A stretch of 64,000 nucleotides of DNA from Yuukianura sp. NJ FZ-2021. Its lineage: Eukaryota. The notes under the pieces were generated by a model. It saw nothing but the letters and a program-made list of their open reading frames with translations, was not told the DNA's origin and did no database searches. The stretch spans positions 1,488,001 to 1,552,000 of the forward strand of contig CM102285.1 of assembly GCA_046563655.1 (NCBI GenBank), read 5' to 3'. The position numbers were made by a program, and so were the translations under genes. Below, piece by piece: positions 39,001-50,983 of this stretch (its first letter is position 1; each line of letters opens with the position of its first letter).

Positions 39001-41891
39001 TTCTCATTTTGTTTTGATCATTTGTTGGACACGGGCTTCTGGTCAATCGACATTTTATTTATAACAGAACCACTGTCACCCTAAAGCTAACTTGGGGCAA
39101 AGTGAGACTTTGGCTTTAGATGGAGGAAAATTTGAAAAACTGAAGTTACACCCATTTAGCCGGGCTCGAAATCGAACATTTTAAGTTTCATAATTTAGGA
39201 GGGCGTGACACAAAAGTTGAGTTTATTGGGAACATTTCTAGTTTTGGAAAAAACTCAAACAGTATTTTGTATTCTAAATGTCCAGTTCTACTGTAAAAAC
39301 AAACCGAAACTCGATTTTAAATAAATTATCAAAAACTATGGTTCTACGGCTAATCCAACTTGAACAGAATCCAAGTTCCCGCACTTTTAGAACAACTTTT
39401 CAAATAACTTCAAACATGCAAATCATCACAATGCGCAAATACACATCAATTCGAAAAATTTTGTTCGTTTCAGCCATAACATGAAATCAACAAAAAAAAA
39501 TTTGTTTTAAGCCTGGTACATACATCCAGCGAGGTTTTTTAGCTGCTCTCTTTTTAGTTTTTGTACAACTTTTTGATTCTTTTTTCAAAATTTGGATCGA
39601 CATTGTAGAAAATGAAAATGAAATGGAAATAGTGTTGGTGTAAATGTTGATTAGAACAAGGTTTGTCATTTGCCATTCCCAGAGCAGAGTCAGGGTTAGA
39701 CAAGAAGTGCTAAAATATTCCTTTGGAAATGAATGTGGACAGGCGGAAGAAATGCGAGAGTTGGTCTAATGATGCCTTTGTTTTTCCCAGTAGCAGAATT
39801 AACACGACTGAATATTTTAGCAGTTAGGTTCAAACATTCGTTAACACTGGAGCAGTGTAGTACTATGTGCTGGATCTACACACGCCTTCACTCCACATCA
39901 ACATACATTTCCATCACAAGTAGCTCCATTTGGAAATTTTCCACCTCTCCATTTCTCCTCATAATTAATGAGAACCTCCACAAGAGACATAAAATGTCCA
40001 AACAAACTGGAAAATTCTAAATAAAATTAGTTCAAACAAGTCTTTACTGGTTTCTGGAACTAATTCCTCTTCAATCAATCAAGTACAAAAACCGCAAAAC
40101 TTCTAGCAGCAGCGGAATTTCAATGATGTGTAAACCGCGTGTTAAAAACAAAAAAAAAACATTTTTTTTTAAAACAGGAATTTTTTATTTACAAAAAATT
40201 TTCAGTGTTTTGGTTAAATTTGGACATTTTCGACACAAAAAAAGAAAAACTGCAGAATTTTTTTTTTACATGTTAGTGCGAACGCGGCTTAACTGAGGCG
40301 GGTTGACAATGCAGTGTGTATCACGCTTTAGATTTTTGCAAACACTACGTTTAGTTTCAAATTTTGCAAAAATTGCAAACATATCCCATGTATATGCTCC
40401 AGTAAGCACAAATTTGTTTAGGATTTTAGAGTTGTGCGCATGACATTTGTTAGGCTTGGCACATGTTGGCGCATGCGTGACTTCTGCAGGTAAAGAAATG
40501 AGTGACATGCATTGTTGCCAACTTCAGAATAGTTTTGTTTGAACAAAGAACATAAGTAGTTTGTTTTGCAACAATGTTAACTCTTTTTTAAACAAGGTTT
40601 CGATGATGTTCAAACAAGAACCAAGTTCAGGATTCTACGTTGGATGCATGATGCATGCTGTAACTTTTAGCTTGCGGGAAGGAAGGTGTTGCGTGCTTGA
40701 CTTTTGAGGGATGAGCCATGTTATTAGGATTGTTAGTTTTAATTATGTATTAAGTCTCATCTTATACAATGAAAATATCAATGGAATGCACATGCATTAT
40801 CTGAATTCTAATATTTTTCAAATACTCCCGCTCTCCTCGTTCTTTCCCTTCCGGCCAAAACCTGTACGCACATTTTCCAAAAATTAAAGAAAAAAACAGG
40901 AAATTACTCAATTCACTTTCGGCATGCTACACTGCCTTTCTACTCAAAAAATACACAAACAGCTTTTTCAAATTTTGCTTTTTTCAAAGTTAACGATTCA
41001 GACATTAATTTGACATTTTTGTGTGAACGAGCCTTAGTGTGCTAAATTTTAAAAATTTTCGAATCCTATTGATTGAATCGGTAAAAATTATTAGTGTTGA
41101 CAGTATTATGCTCGTTTTTGCGTGTTGTGTTTGAATCGTTTTTCGTGGAATCGGGGTCATGATCACTTTTTTAGAGTTGTGCGCAAACGATTCCAAGTGC
41201 CTTTAATTTATTCAATCATCACCATTTTCCACTCGTCATGCAAGGCATAATCTGGTTTAAGTTGTGTATTATTCTGAGGGCGTTGGTCTTATCAAGCTGT
41301 CATGCATCAAAAGACAAAACCCCTTACGAATTAATCACAAATACTCTGAAGTTAGTGTCAGGTGAGAACAATCGTGGAGCCAAAATTTAAAAAGTGTAAT
41401 TTTTTGTTTCAAATGTTTTTTGAAGTGAGAAAAATGCTTAGCATAATGAGAAATGGAAACCTGTCATTGACACTTTCCAACACACCATCACAGGAATTGT
41501 AATAAGCAAAGAAACAATCAGCATGAGGCCAATTTCCAAGGCTTCCTAAACCACAACTTAGAGTTACCCGTCCATGATGGACGGAAATTTGTGGACGGCC
41601 GTATTTGGACGTCCAACCTATCTTGACGTACAACCAACAAGCGATTAGAGATTGCCTCAAAAGTATTATATTTTGGACGGAATATCCGTCCGTGCACGTA
41701 TCCGTCCGGGCAAATCCGTCCACGATCTTCGTGTATTACGTTTAACAGGAAAACAATGGAAATGGTTTTGAAATTGTGAAGGAAGTAACTACTACAATTG
41801 TTGTATTTGTAAAAATTTTGGCGTCTGTTGTCATTAGCATTTAAAACAGATGGAAGAACATTGGAGAAACATATGCTTCTAAATACCACTT

Positions 41892-41935
41892 TTCTGTGTT
41901 TTAGTCATGCTGATTCTGTGTTTTAGTCATGCTGA
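41892..41935. repeat. Exact 22-bp tandem duplication
   Basis: TTCTGTGTTTTAGTCATGCTGA present twice, head to tail. Confidence 0.95.
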
Positions 41936-44900
41936 GCAAAAGATAAGGCTAATGGAACGTACTTTGCATAGAAACGAGCGACATTTAACACCCATTTAGA
42001 TATTTCAAATCAACCGGCAGTACAATTTAAAAGTTTAAAATTCCCACTCTTTCCTTGTTGGCTTCCTTACATCCAAGGTGTTTAGGGAACAATTAGAAAA
42101 TAGAGTAAGAACGCCAAATCTTCAACATCATGCGCGCTAATGTTCAAACTTTTACCTTGAACTTTACCAACATCAGCATATCTCAAATGCAAAGAACATG
42201 AACATCCATAACGCTAAAAAAGGAAAACCGGTATATAACGTTCTAAAAAAAACGAAAACACGTAGTTTTCGTTCGGAAATATCTTACCGGTAAACTTATC
42301 AACGCATAGCATTGCGTTGATAAGCATGCGTGATGGTAAGATGAAAATAAAATTACGTTTTGGACAATTATAGTAGAGTAACGTACATTTTTTTTACCAC
42401 GCGGTACGCATAGTTCCGTCAAAATTTGACATGTTGTAGTAAAAGCTGCTTATATTTTTTATTACTTTTTTAATGGTGTCGTTTTGGCATTAAGTTTTGA
42501 TTTTATTAGGATTAAGGTTAGCAAAAAATTTCAAAAAATGAGAATTTCGCGTGTAATTTTGAAAATGTTTGTTTAGAGTGACCTTAATTTGGTTTGAGAA
42601 ACGGAGTGAAAACATGAAAAAAGTTTTAGGCTACACACATACTAAAAAATTTGAAAGCTAAATTTCTCTCTCTCTTGTTTTTTGTTGTTATTGCTATTTC
42701 ATAATTTTTATTTGAATAAAATGAAAGTGATAGATGGAGTCATGAAAATCGGATATTTGAGTGATTGTGCGTTAACGCACTTCCGGATTTTCGTGTTTCT
42801 GTGATAAGGCTTACTTTTTTTCACAAATCCATCAAAATTTGCTACACTATTTTCCACTTGACTCAAATGAGGACAGAAACGCAAATTGGAAGTTTGTAAC
42901 TCCCGCCTCCTTGGAGTTTATCTTACTTCAAGGAAACTTGAATTTTACACCTTTTCTCACCAAAATGTCACTCGCTTGACAGTTGAGACAAACCCTGCGA
43001 GTTTAAATTTGAGCAGGAAATTTAAAAAAAACGGAACTACATGCTACATAAGGTTACATAGTAAGCTTTTCCTAATCTTCCTCCCACATCTTCTTACTTT
43101 TCTTGTAACCAGATCCTGTCTAATTAAAGTGTTGAGTTCATTTAAACTGAACTTCCTGTCATTAGGATTTCAGTTTTAAGCTCAAGAAAAAACATATTTC
43201 ATGTTCCAAATTTTTTAAAACTTCCGCTCAAAATCTTAACTTGTGTTTGAATCGAATCTAAGCCAAGATAAAAGATTTATGGATTGAATGAAAACCATAA
43301 TTGCACGTAAATCTTAACAAAAAAAAGAGAATGCATAGTTCGTGTGCACTGGAACAAAATTTTGCTTTTGTGCACAGCAACTGAACATTACCAGAAAATT
43401 TTGTTCTTACACACCGACAAAGCTTGAAATTTTGGCCAAGTTTGGAAAAAGCATTAGCTGAATTTTAGACAATTTTCTAAAAAAAAAATTTTTTGTTGAA
43501 CTCCATTTTTGCTTGCTTTGCCGAAGGATTTCTGCAGAATGGCAACGTTGTTAGTGTACGGCAGAATGTCTGCAATGCGCAGTAGACGTATTTAAATGTT
43601 CTGCGCAATTTGGACAAATTTAGCACAAAATTGTTATAGTTTTGCAGAACTTCGTGATTCCTGAAGTAAATTTTTGGTTTTCAAGCTCCCGTAGGATAAA
43701 AAAGTATTATCAGGTTTAGTTTTTTTTTAATTTTTTAATTTTTTTTTAAATAAGCGCGCCGTTTTCGCGTCATAGATTTTCTGAAGAATTTGAAAGTTGA
43801 ACATCGTGAGAACAAGGGAATAATGACGGATAATTATAAGAAACATTTTACTTCTCGCGCCAGAAGCCTTGTTTGCGTGTTTTTTAATTGGAGCGCTCAA
43901 TGCGGAGGATGGAGCGGGAGGAGGCGGGCAACTTTAAATTTGTGGTTAACTTTGAGTTTCCGTTTTGTTACAAGGTTTATTCACTCTTGTGCCTCTTTCT
44001 TCAGCAGAAGTTAGGTTGTACATTAGGTTAGTTAGGTTTCATGTTAGGTTTTGGAGGTTACTAAGAAGGGGTTAGGTTGAAGAAAGTTCATAATTGATGC
44101 GAAGGGGTTAAGGGGGAGGGCCCTTGTGTGTGTGTGATGATTGACAACATAATCTCAGTGTAAATTACGGTTTTCGGGAGTTTGTGAACAGTTTTTCGTG
44201 AGATTAGGATTTCATAGGCTATCCCTACTGTGCATTTCCTTTTACAAAAAAGAGTTGTGCGGAATAGTGCTGGCGGGTGGATAATTTTTTTTTTTTGAAA
44301 ATTCAAAAATTCCCTCCATATCCTTTTCAAAATGTTTCACTTCTCTCCTTACACGGCTCCTAACAAAATTTGGACACATATAATTAATTGCACGCAATCC
44401 GTTTTCGTACAGTTGTTGTTAACTCAAGTTGCCAACATGTGTAACCGCACTGTTACATCATGTTTCAAAAATCTCTTTGTTTTAAAAATTTTGAACAAAA
44501 AATTCATTCAAATTCCAAAAAAACAAATTAAATATTTCATGGAAGAATTCAAAACAATTGAGTTGTTTAATTTTCAAAATCGTAAATTTCAAATGTTTTT
44601 CCCAAGTGTTTTTTGTACGCTAATTCACAATTTTAATTTTTGTACCATTTGCTCACATTCAATTTTTTTTTTTGACATTATGTTGATGTGTTTTGTAAAT
44701 CAAAATTTTTTGACAGTAAATTTCAAAATTCCGCGCGATAAAGCCGTACTGAATTTAAATTTCTGTCAATCAATCAAGTTTTTGCTTCCAAAAAAATTAT
44801 GTAAGCCGCATAATTTGTAATTCAAATTTGAGCAAGTTTGGAGTAAACGCGTGCGCAGCTATTTGAAGAACATTTCAAAATTAGTTTCTCTCTCCAAATC

Positions 44901-46204
44901 TGGTGAACAAATTTTGTTTGTTTTTTGTGTAATTGGAAACTGTAATTACAGTTATCAAACGAAGGAGTCCAAAATAAAAATTTCCATTTTAATTTCGAAG
45001 TTGATGAAGCTAATTTTGGACTGTTTTGAGTTGTTAAACTTCATTTTACTTGTTTTCCAGCAGAAGCAGCAGCATATTTTAGTATAGTGTGAGCACATTG
45101 TAATATAGTGTTAGTATGTTAGCAGGGATGCAAGGCTAATCAAGTTGTCACTCAAATGTTGACAGCTCTTGAAGCTTTTTGGGGGTTTGGGGTTTAAGGT
45201 TGTTCAAGGAGCGGAAATTTATGAAAAATATGACGAGATTGAATTTTCCCTCCAAAAACCGGTCTTTTTGTATAACATGAAGAACATAGCGAGAGACGTG
45301 GAGGCTCTGAGTAGAGGAAAACAATGAAGACTTGTGACATCTGCCTGTCTACTCAAGTGTAAGTTGAAGTGCAAAGAGTCTGAGCTTATGAAGATACGTT
45401 CATAATTTCCCGCCTTACAAATATTTCAAAAAAAGTTGTTCTGTGTATATAATTACTTTTTGGCTTGTTAATTACATACTTTACACCTTTAGAAGCCATA
45501 GTCTCTCAGAGGACATGCGCCTCACACTTGTGTGAGTGACAAGTAGACATCTCGACTACAATGTACAGAAATGTTTCGAAATTTCAAATTTTCCTGTCAA
45601 GCTACTTAAACTAATTGGCGCTCTTAATTTTCATTGTTACTCAACAGTTACTCACAATCGAGAGTAACAAATAGGTCAACACTTGTATACAAAACGTCTT
45701 TCAAAATTTTTACATTATCATTAAGTGTAAAAATTTGTGTTAATTAACACCTTTTGAAAACAAAAAAAAAGTTTAACTTCATTAACATAATCCATTTCTT
45801 TCAAAGTATCCAAAATTACAAAACAATTTATAGCGTAAATGCCAAATTTTGAAGGAATTTTCTTGTAAGAACAATTTTTTCGCAGCATTTTTTGATTATG
45901 CACAAATTTTTCTCCAAACTTGAAAAAAACGGAGAAATTTTTTGGATTTAGATTTGGATAGATTCAAAATTTTGATGTTAACAGCAATGAAAGTTAAACG
46001 TCAAAATTTCAAAAATTTGAGCAATCACAAGCAGACGGAACGTTTGGCGGTTTGAAAATTCAAAAATTCAAACAGGTGAATAAACAAAAGTGAGAAAAAA
46101 AGACAAGGAGCCGTTTGAACTTTTTTTTGAAAAGTGAGCACCTTTCTTACGGTAGAAAATAAACCGGTTGTAAACCGCCCATACTGATAATAGCGAAGCA
46201 ATAG

Positions 46205-46431
46205 GCCCCCCGAAGGGGGTTTGTTCCCCCCACTTTCCTGCCTCCCCCCCCGGGGGAAGTGGGGGTGTGTTTTCCTCACTTTCCCGCCCCCCCCCCGGGG
46301 AGTAGGGGTGTGTTTTCCCGCTTTTTTGCTCCGCACCCCAGGAAGCGTAGAGATGTGTTCCCCCCACTTTCCCGCCCCCCCGGGGTAGTGGGGGTGTGTT
46401 CCCCCCACTTTCCCGCCCTCCCCCCAGGGGG
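46205..46431. repeat. GC-rich minisatellite, about 5 units of 42-46 bp, inside the HINE-like element
   Basis: Repeated CACTTTCCCGCCCCCCCGGGG..AGT.GGGGTGTGTT units. Confidence 0.85.
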
Positions 46432-46435
46432 TTTT

Positions 46436-46855
46436 GACAGGTGAGACGTGACAGCTGAGGCGTGACAGGTGACACCCGGCAAGTGACACTTGAGGGTGAC
46501 AGGTGACACGCGGCACGTGGCAGGTGACACCCGGCAAGTGACAAGTGACAGGTGACACCCGGCACGTGACAGGTGAGAGGTGACACCCGGAAAGTGACAG
46601 GTGACAGCTGACACCCGGCAAGTGACAAGTGACACCCGGAAAGTGACAGGTGAGAGGTGACACCCGGCAAGTGACAGGTGACAGCTGACACCCGGCAAGT
46701 GACAGGTGACACCCGGAAAGTCACAGGTGAGAGGTGACACCCGGAAAGTGACAGGTGACAGCTGACACCCGGCAAGTGACAGCCGTGACAGCCGTGACAG
46801 GTGACACCCGGCGCGTGACAGGTGAAGTGACAGATGAAGTGTGACAGGTGACAGT
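46436..46855. repeat. Compound minisatellite built from GTGACAG and GTGACACCCGG(C/A)AA modules
   Basis: Dozens of GTGACA cores. It explains the repetitive CHLPGV/SPVT ORFs on the minus strand. Confidence 0.95.
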
Positions 46856-47253
46856 TGAGTGTGTTAGTCAACTGCGTAATGGATTTTTTGCTAAGCAGAA
46901 AACCAACTACCATGCCAATTGCCTTTCCAGTCTCACAAGCAGAGTCTTTGTTACATACACTTGCATTACAAATGACCTTTAAAATCCATTTTGACCCGGA
47001 AACAGGTGACCTAGGGTCACACATTCCACACAAAAGTTGTTAGTCTCAATGAGATGAACAACTTTTGTAGAGGTCATTTTCCATGTTACCGGGGATGAAA
47101 CCGGTTGACCTTGACCTTTGACCCGGAAGGAGTTGACACCCGGGGGTCATATTCAATAGTGACCAAGCCCGGGTCATGACATGGTCACTGGTGAAAACCG
47201 GAATCAAATCGGGCCAGTAGTTTCTGAGATAATTAATCTGGACAGACAGACAG

Positions 47254-47284
<31 letters not shown>

Positions 47285-50200
47285 AACCACTTTTATCATA
47301 ATAGCTTCGCTATTATAATAACTGTAATTTTGAATCGTATTAATTTTTTTAATCTTTCATTTAATTCAGTTGGTGTTTTTTTTCAAAAACGAAATATAGT
47401 TATTATTTAATTCATTTCAAAATTACCCGCCTTCCTTCTGCAAACACGCTCCTTGCCCGGAACAACTCCATTTGGTTCATGTTTCACTTTTTTTTTTGTT
47501 TTCATTGCATACATATCCTTTATTCTGATAGGTTCAATTATCCACTTACTCTTATAACTGAGAAATTTCATCAAGAATTGAAATTACCCGCTCTTTTTAT
47601 TTTTCAAATTGCTCAATTTTCAAAATTCTGTTCCCACCTTTTTCCGTGCACTTCAAAACAACACGATTGACTTTTGTAAATAATAAAAACCGGGAGTTTC
47701 AAAATTGTCCCCGTTAAGCTCAAATTTCCACTTGGTTTCATACATTTTCAGCATCACCTAACATAACATAACCTTTTCAAAAACTTTTTGTCAAAGTCAT
47801 GTTTTTCAAAAAAAATGCTTTTTCAAGAAACAATGTTGCACGTTTTTTGAACAACCTTGTTTTCATTTGTTCAAAAAGACTTGATTTGAAAAACCATACT
47901 GTTGAAAGGCTTTCGTGTCACCGGATGAATATTTTTTTGAAATGTTCAAATTGAAAAAAAAACAGTTTTCAAAAAATTAAGGGCTCACGTCATGTGTTTG
48001 CTCGAGTCTAAGGGCCCTCCCTGTCAACAGCTTTTGGCTTATTGACAAGGGAACATCGTGTTGCCTCTTTTTTGTATTATGTCTTGTTCTAAATTTTGAA
48101 CAGAAATTCAAACAGTCATGCGCAACTGACACAAGGTGTCAAGGAGAGGCTGTTGACATGACATTGACACTCTTCCACAACTTTTTTTTTCATCTTCAGA
48201 ACAGAAGCGATTCCACTTGAGCGGTCAGAATCGCTTTGACTCTGGATTATCTTCAGCACAATGGAAAAAAGCAGAGGGGAAAGTTTAATAACAAAACTTC
48301 AATCACAACAGTTTCTCTGTCTGTGCTGTCTCCTAACTTTTACAATAAAACTAAACCTAACCTTAGTCCTCCTCATGCATATTCATTCAAAAACTCCCGC
48401 CTCTCACTTTCCGACAAACCAACAAAACACTTCAAAAGTGTCAGAGCGGGAGAAAAGTAGAAAAGTTTGAAAAAGGCGCCAATTTCAATTGTTTCGTTTA
48501 AACGCTTAGATGTTTACTCGTTTTCGAATATTTTGTTTGTCCAAGCGACGTTGGTGGTCCACCGGATGTAAAATAAAAATTAAACGAACACGCCAGTTGT
48601 CAAGCGTTTTTCTGCAAAATTTCAAAAAAAAAATATTTTTTCTTGAAATTTTGTAAGCTCACCTAACATGTTTGTTGAAAGTCTAACTTCAGAATAAAAT
48701 CACAAATTAAAAAGCAGTTGAAATGCGACATGAGGAAAAGATATGTAACAGTTAAAATTACTTTATTTTAATTTGAAAAGCAGGAAGTTTATGCAAATTT
48801 TAGATTTGAAATTTTGAATTTTGGCGAGAAGGCGTGACATGTGGGATTGACACTTTCTCTTTGAAATAAAAGCATTTTGATGTTTCTTTCTCCTATTCTT
48901 TCACTGTAGCGGTAAAAGTGTTTCTCCATATCATGTTTGCGTGACATTCAAATTTTTCAAAAAAGTTTTGGCGGGGTGAATATTTGATTATGAAAATTAA
49001 AAGAATCCGAAAAGGCGGGTGTAACTTTTTGTGCATGTCGTTGCAACAGTTACACTTTTACATAACCATGACGACATAACACAGTATTTTCCGTAACAAT
49101 GACAAACTACCACGGAACTCTCCGTAACCATGACAACATAACTTTTTGTAACCATAACAACGTGTTTTAGCAACTCTTGGTGGCAGTTGTACTTTTCAGA
49201 AATTTTTTCAGAATTTTTTTTTCAATGACACAATTGGATTTCTGTTTTGAGTGCGTTGATGGTGGGACTATTGAATTTCCTGTTCGATTTTAATCCAAAT
49301 CTGGTGGATGAGTTTAGTAAGATTAGGAAAAGTGGATTATTTCTATTATATTTTTTATATTATATTAATAAAGAACATTATTATATAAAGTACTCCAAAG
49401 AGGACTGGTGTGTCACTGATGGGAAATGGATGGTAATATCCCCTAGGAATGGAAGAACATAATCCTCATCTCTGCCCATTGTCACTCTCCCTCGTCTTAA
49501 TCCGATTGACTTTTCAAAATTATTCAATAACAACGACTGCAGTGCATGATAGGAACGAGAGGGGAACCACCCTAATGGAACCATCAACATTAACCTAACT
49601 AACCTAATTTAACACTAACCTAACTAAACTGTATTAACTTAATGCAAGTAGCCTAATATCATACTAATCACTCATCACACCGTGAAAAACACTCCAACTA
49701 ACCAAAATTTCCACGCAAAGTTTCTTTTTGAGAAGCAAATTTTCAAATTTTTGTCGCAATTTTCGATGCGATTTGAAATAAAAATTTGTTTTCTTTTTTA
49801 AATTTATCTTCAGGTTGAGCACGCAAATCAAAACATTTTGAAATTTGGAAGTTTTGCGTATTTTTAATTTTTTTTTTTTGGAAAAAGACCGGTTTGTTTT
49901 AAATGTTGAAAATTAATCCGAGGAAGTACAGAATGAGATTAGATGTCAAGACAACATCTCAACTGACACCAAGGGCCCACTCCCTTCTGCCTCCAAAATT
50001 CAAGGGGTCAGGAGGTCACCCTGCCCCACCCAGCTCCCGTGGCTCCACTGGAAGCTTTGGAAGTGGAATACTAAAGGAGCAGTCCACCGTCTGGTCCTAA
50101 CTGCTCCAACGTACGGACTTGAGATGCCCATAAAGTTGTTTTTATGATGCGCTGAGCTCCGTTTTATTAATAATCTCCTCATTTAGAAGCATGCATTACA

Positions 50201-50452
50201 GCGGCAGGGGGTAGACACATTATGAAGAAGTAAAAAGTTCTCAAATTGCCTCTTCTCACGTCCTCTCAGGCTTCCGGAGACGCTCATCTCGGAAGAAAGG
50301 AGGCAGAAACAAATAATCTGATTCTCATCTTCATTTGATCTTCTTCAAGTACGCATTTTATGACATTCCTTCATCAAACATCTCCTTACCAAAATTCAAA
50401 TGTCACACTTCTCACTAACGTCATTTTTCAAAAGAAATGGCGCGAATAAAAA

Positions 50453-50983
50453 CAGTGTTTCATGGAGTGCTAAATCCCAAACTTCCGTCCTTCCACACTC
50501 CGTCCATCCGTCCATCCGTTACTACCTTGGCAAATTCCGTCCATCTGTATTTCCCCGCAGTCATTACAGCATAGCCAACTCGGTTACAGTAAATTCATAA
50601 TGGGCAAACTTCCCAATCGTTCATCAATTTTCACTTTCCGTCCATCCGTCCATAACGTCCACAGTTAGACTGTTTTTGATTAGCATACAGATCCTTGTGT
50701 ACATAGTGTGAAATGGACAGATTCCGTTCCGTCCATTCCTGGCTTTCACTTTTTCCGTCCATCCGTCCTATTATTTTTTTCGTCCATCATAACTTTCAGC
50801 CAGGCAAATTTCTGTCCAAATCTCCTCCAATATGTTAATATTTTTCTGAAATCGACTTTGTGACTTTAAATATTTCTGTCCGTCCGTCCACCATCCGTCC
50901 ATTCCGGGATCCGTCCATCTTGAGTATTTGGGGTTTCTGTCCATTCGTTTTTAGAATTGTATTTTGGTGTTTACAAAGCCCTG
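50453..50983. mobile_element. Probable hAT-like MITE with many CCGTCCAT motifs
   Basis: Termini CAGTGTTT / AAAGCCCTG (CAGTG/CAGGG type). More than 10 (T)CCGTCCA(T) motifs, mostly on one strand. Flanks CGAATAAA(aa) and CGAATACA resemble a degraded 8-bp TSD. Confidence 0.5.

Larger units (their letters stand above)
46156..47320 (-). mobile_element. Non-autonomous Helentron-type element (DINE-1/HINE-like) with internal minisatellites
   Basis: 13-bp subterminal inverted repeats ATAATAGCGAAGC (46187-46199) and GCTTCGCTATTAT (47304-47316). The 5' copy is part of the hairpin ATAATAGC-ttc-GCTATTAT. (GACA)n microsatellite at 47242-47284, central tandem arrays, 3' stem-loop CGGTT-gta-AACCG at 46165-46177, A-rich ends, no TSD. 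Confidence 0.8.

Noticed and set aside
46025-47033. Long minus-strand ORFs (212, 321 and 154 aa) rich in Cys/His/Pro
   Set aside because: They are translations of stop-free minisatellites inside the HINE-like element, open in all three frames, with no domain signature.
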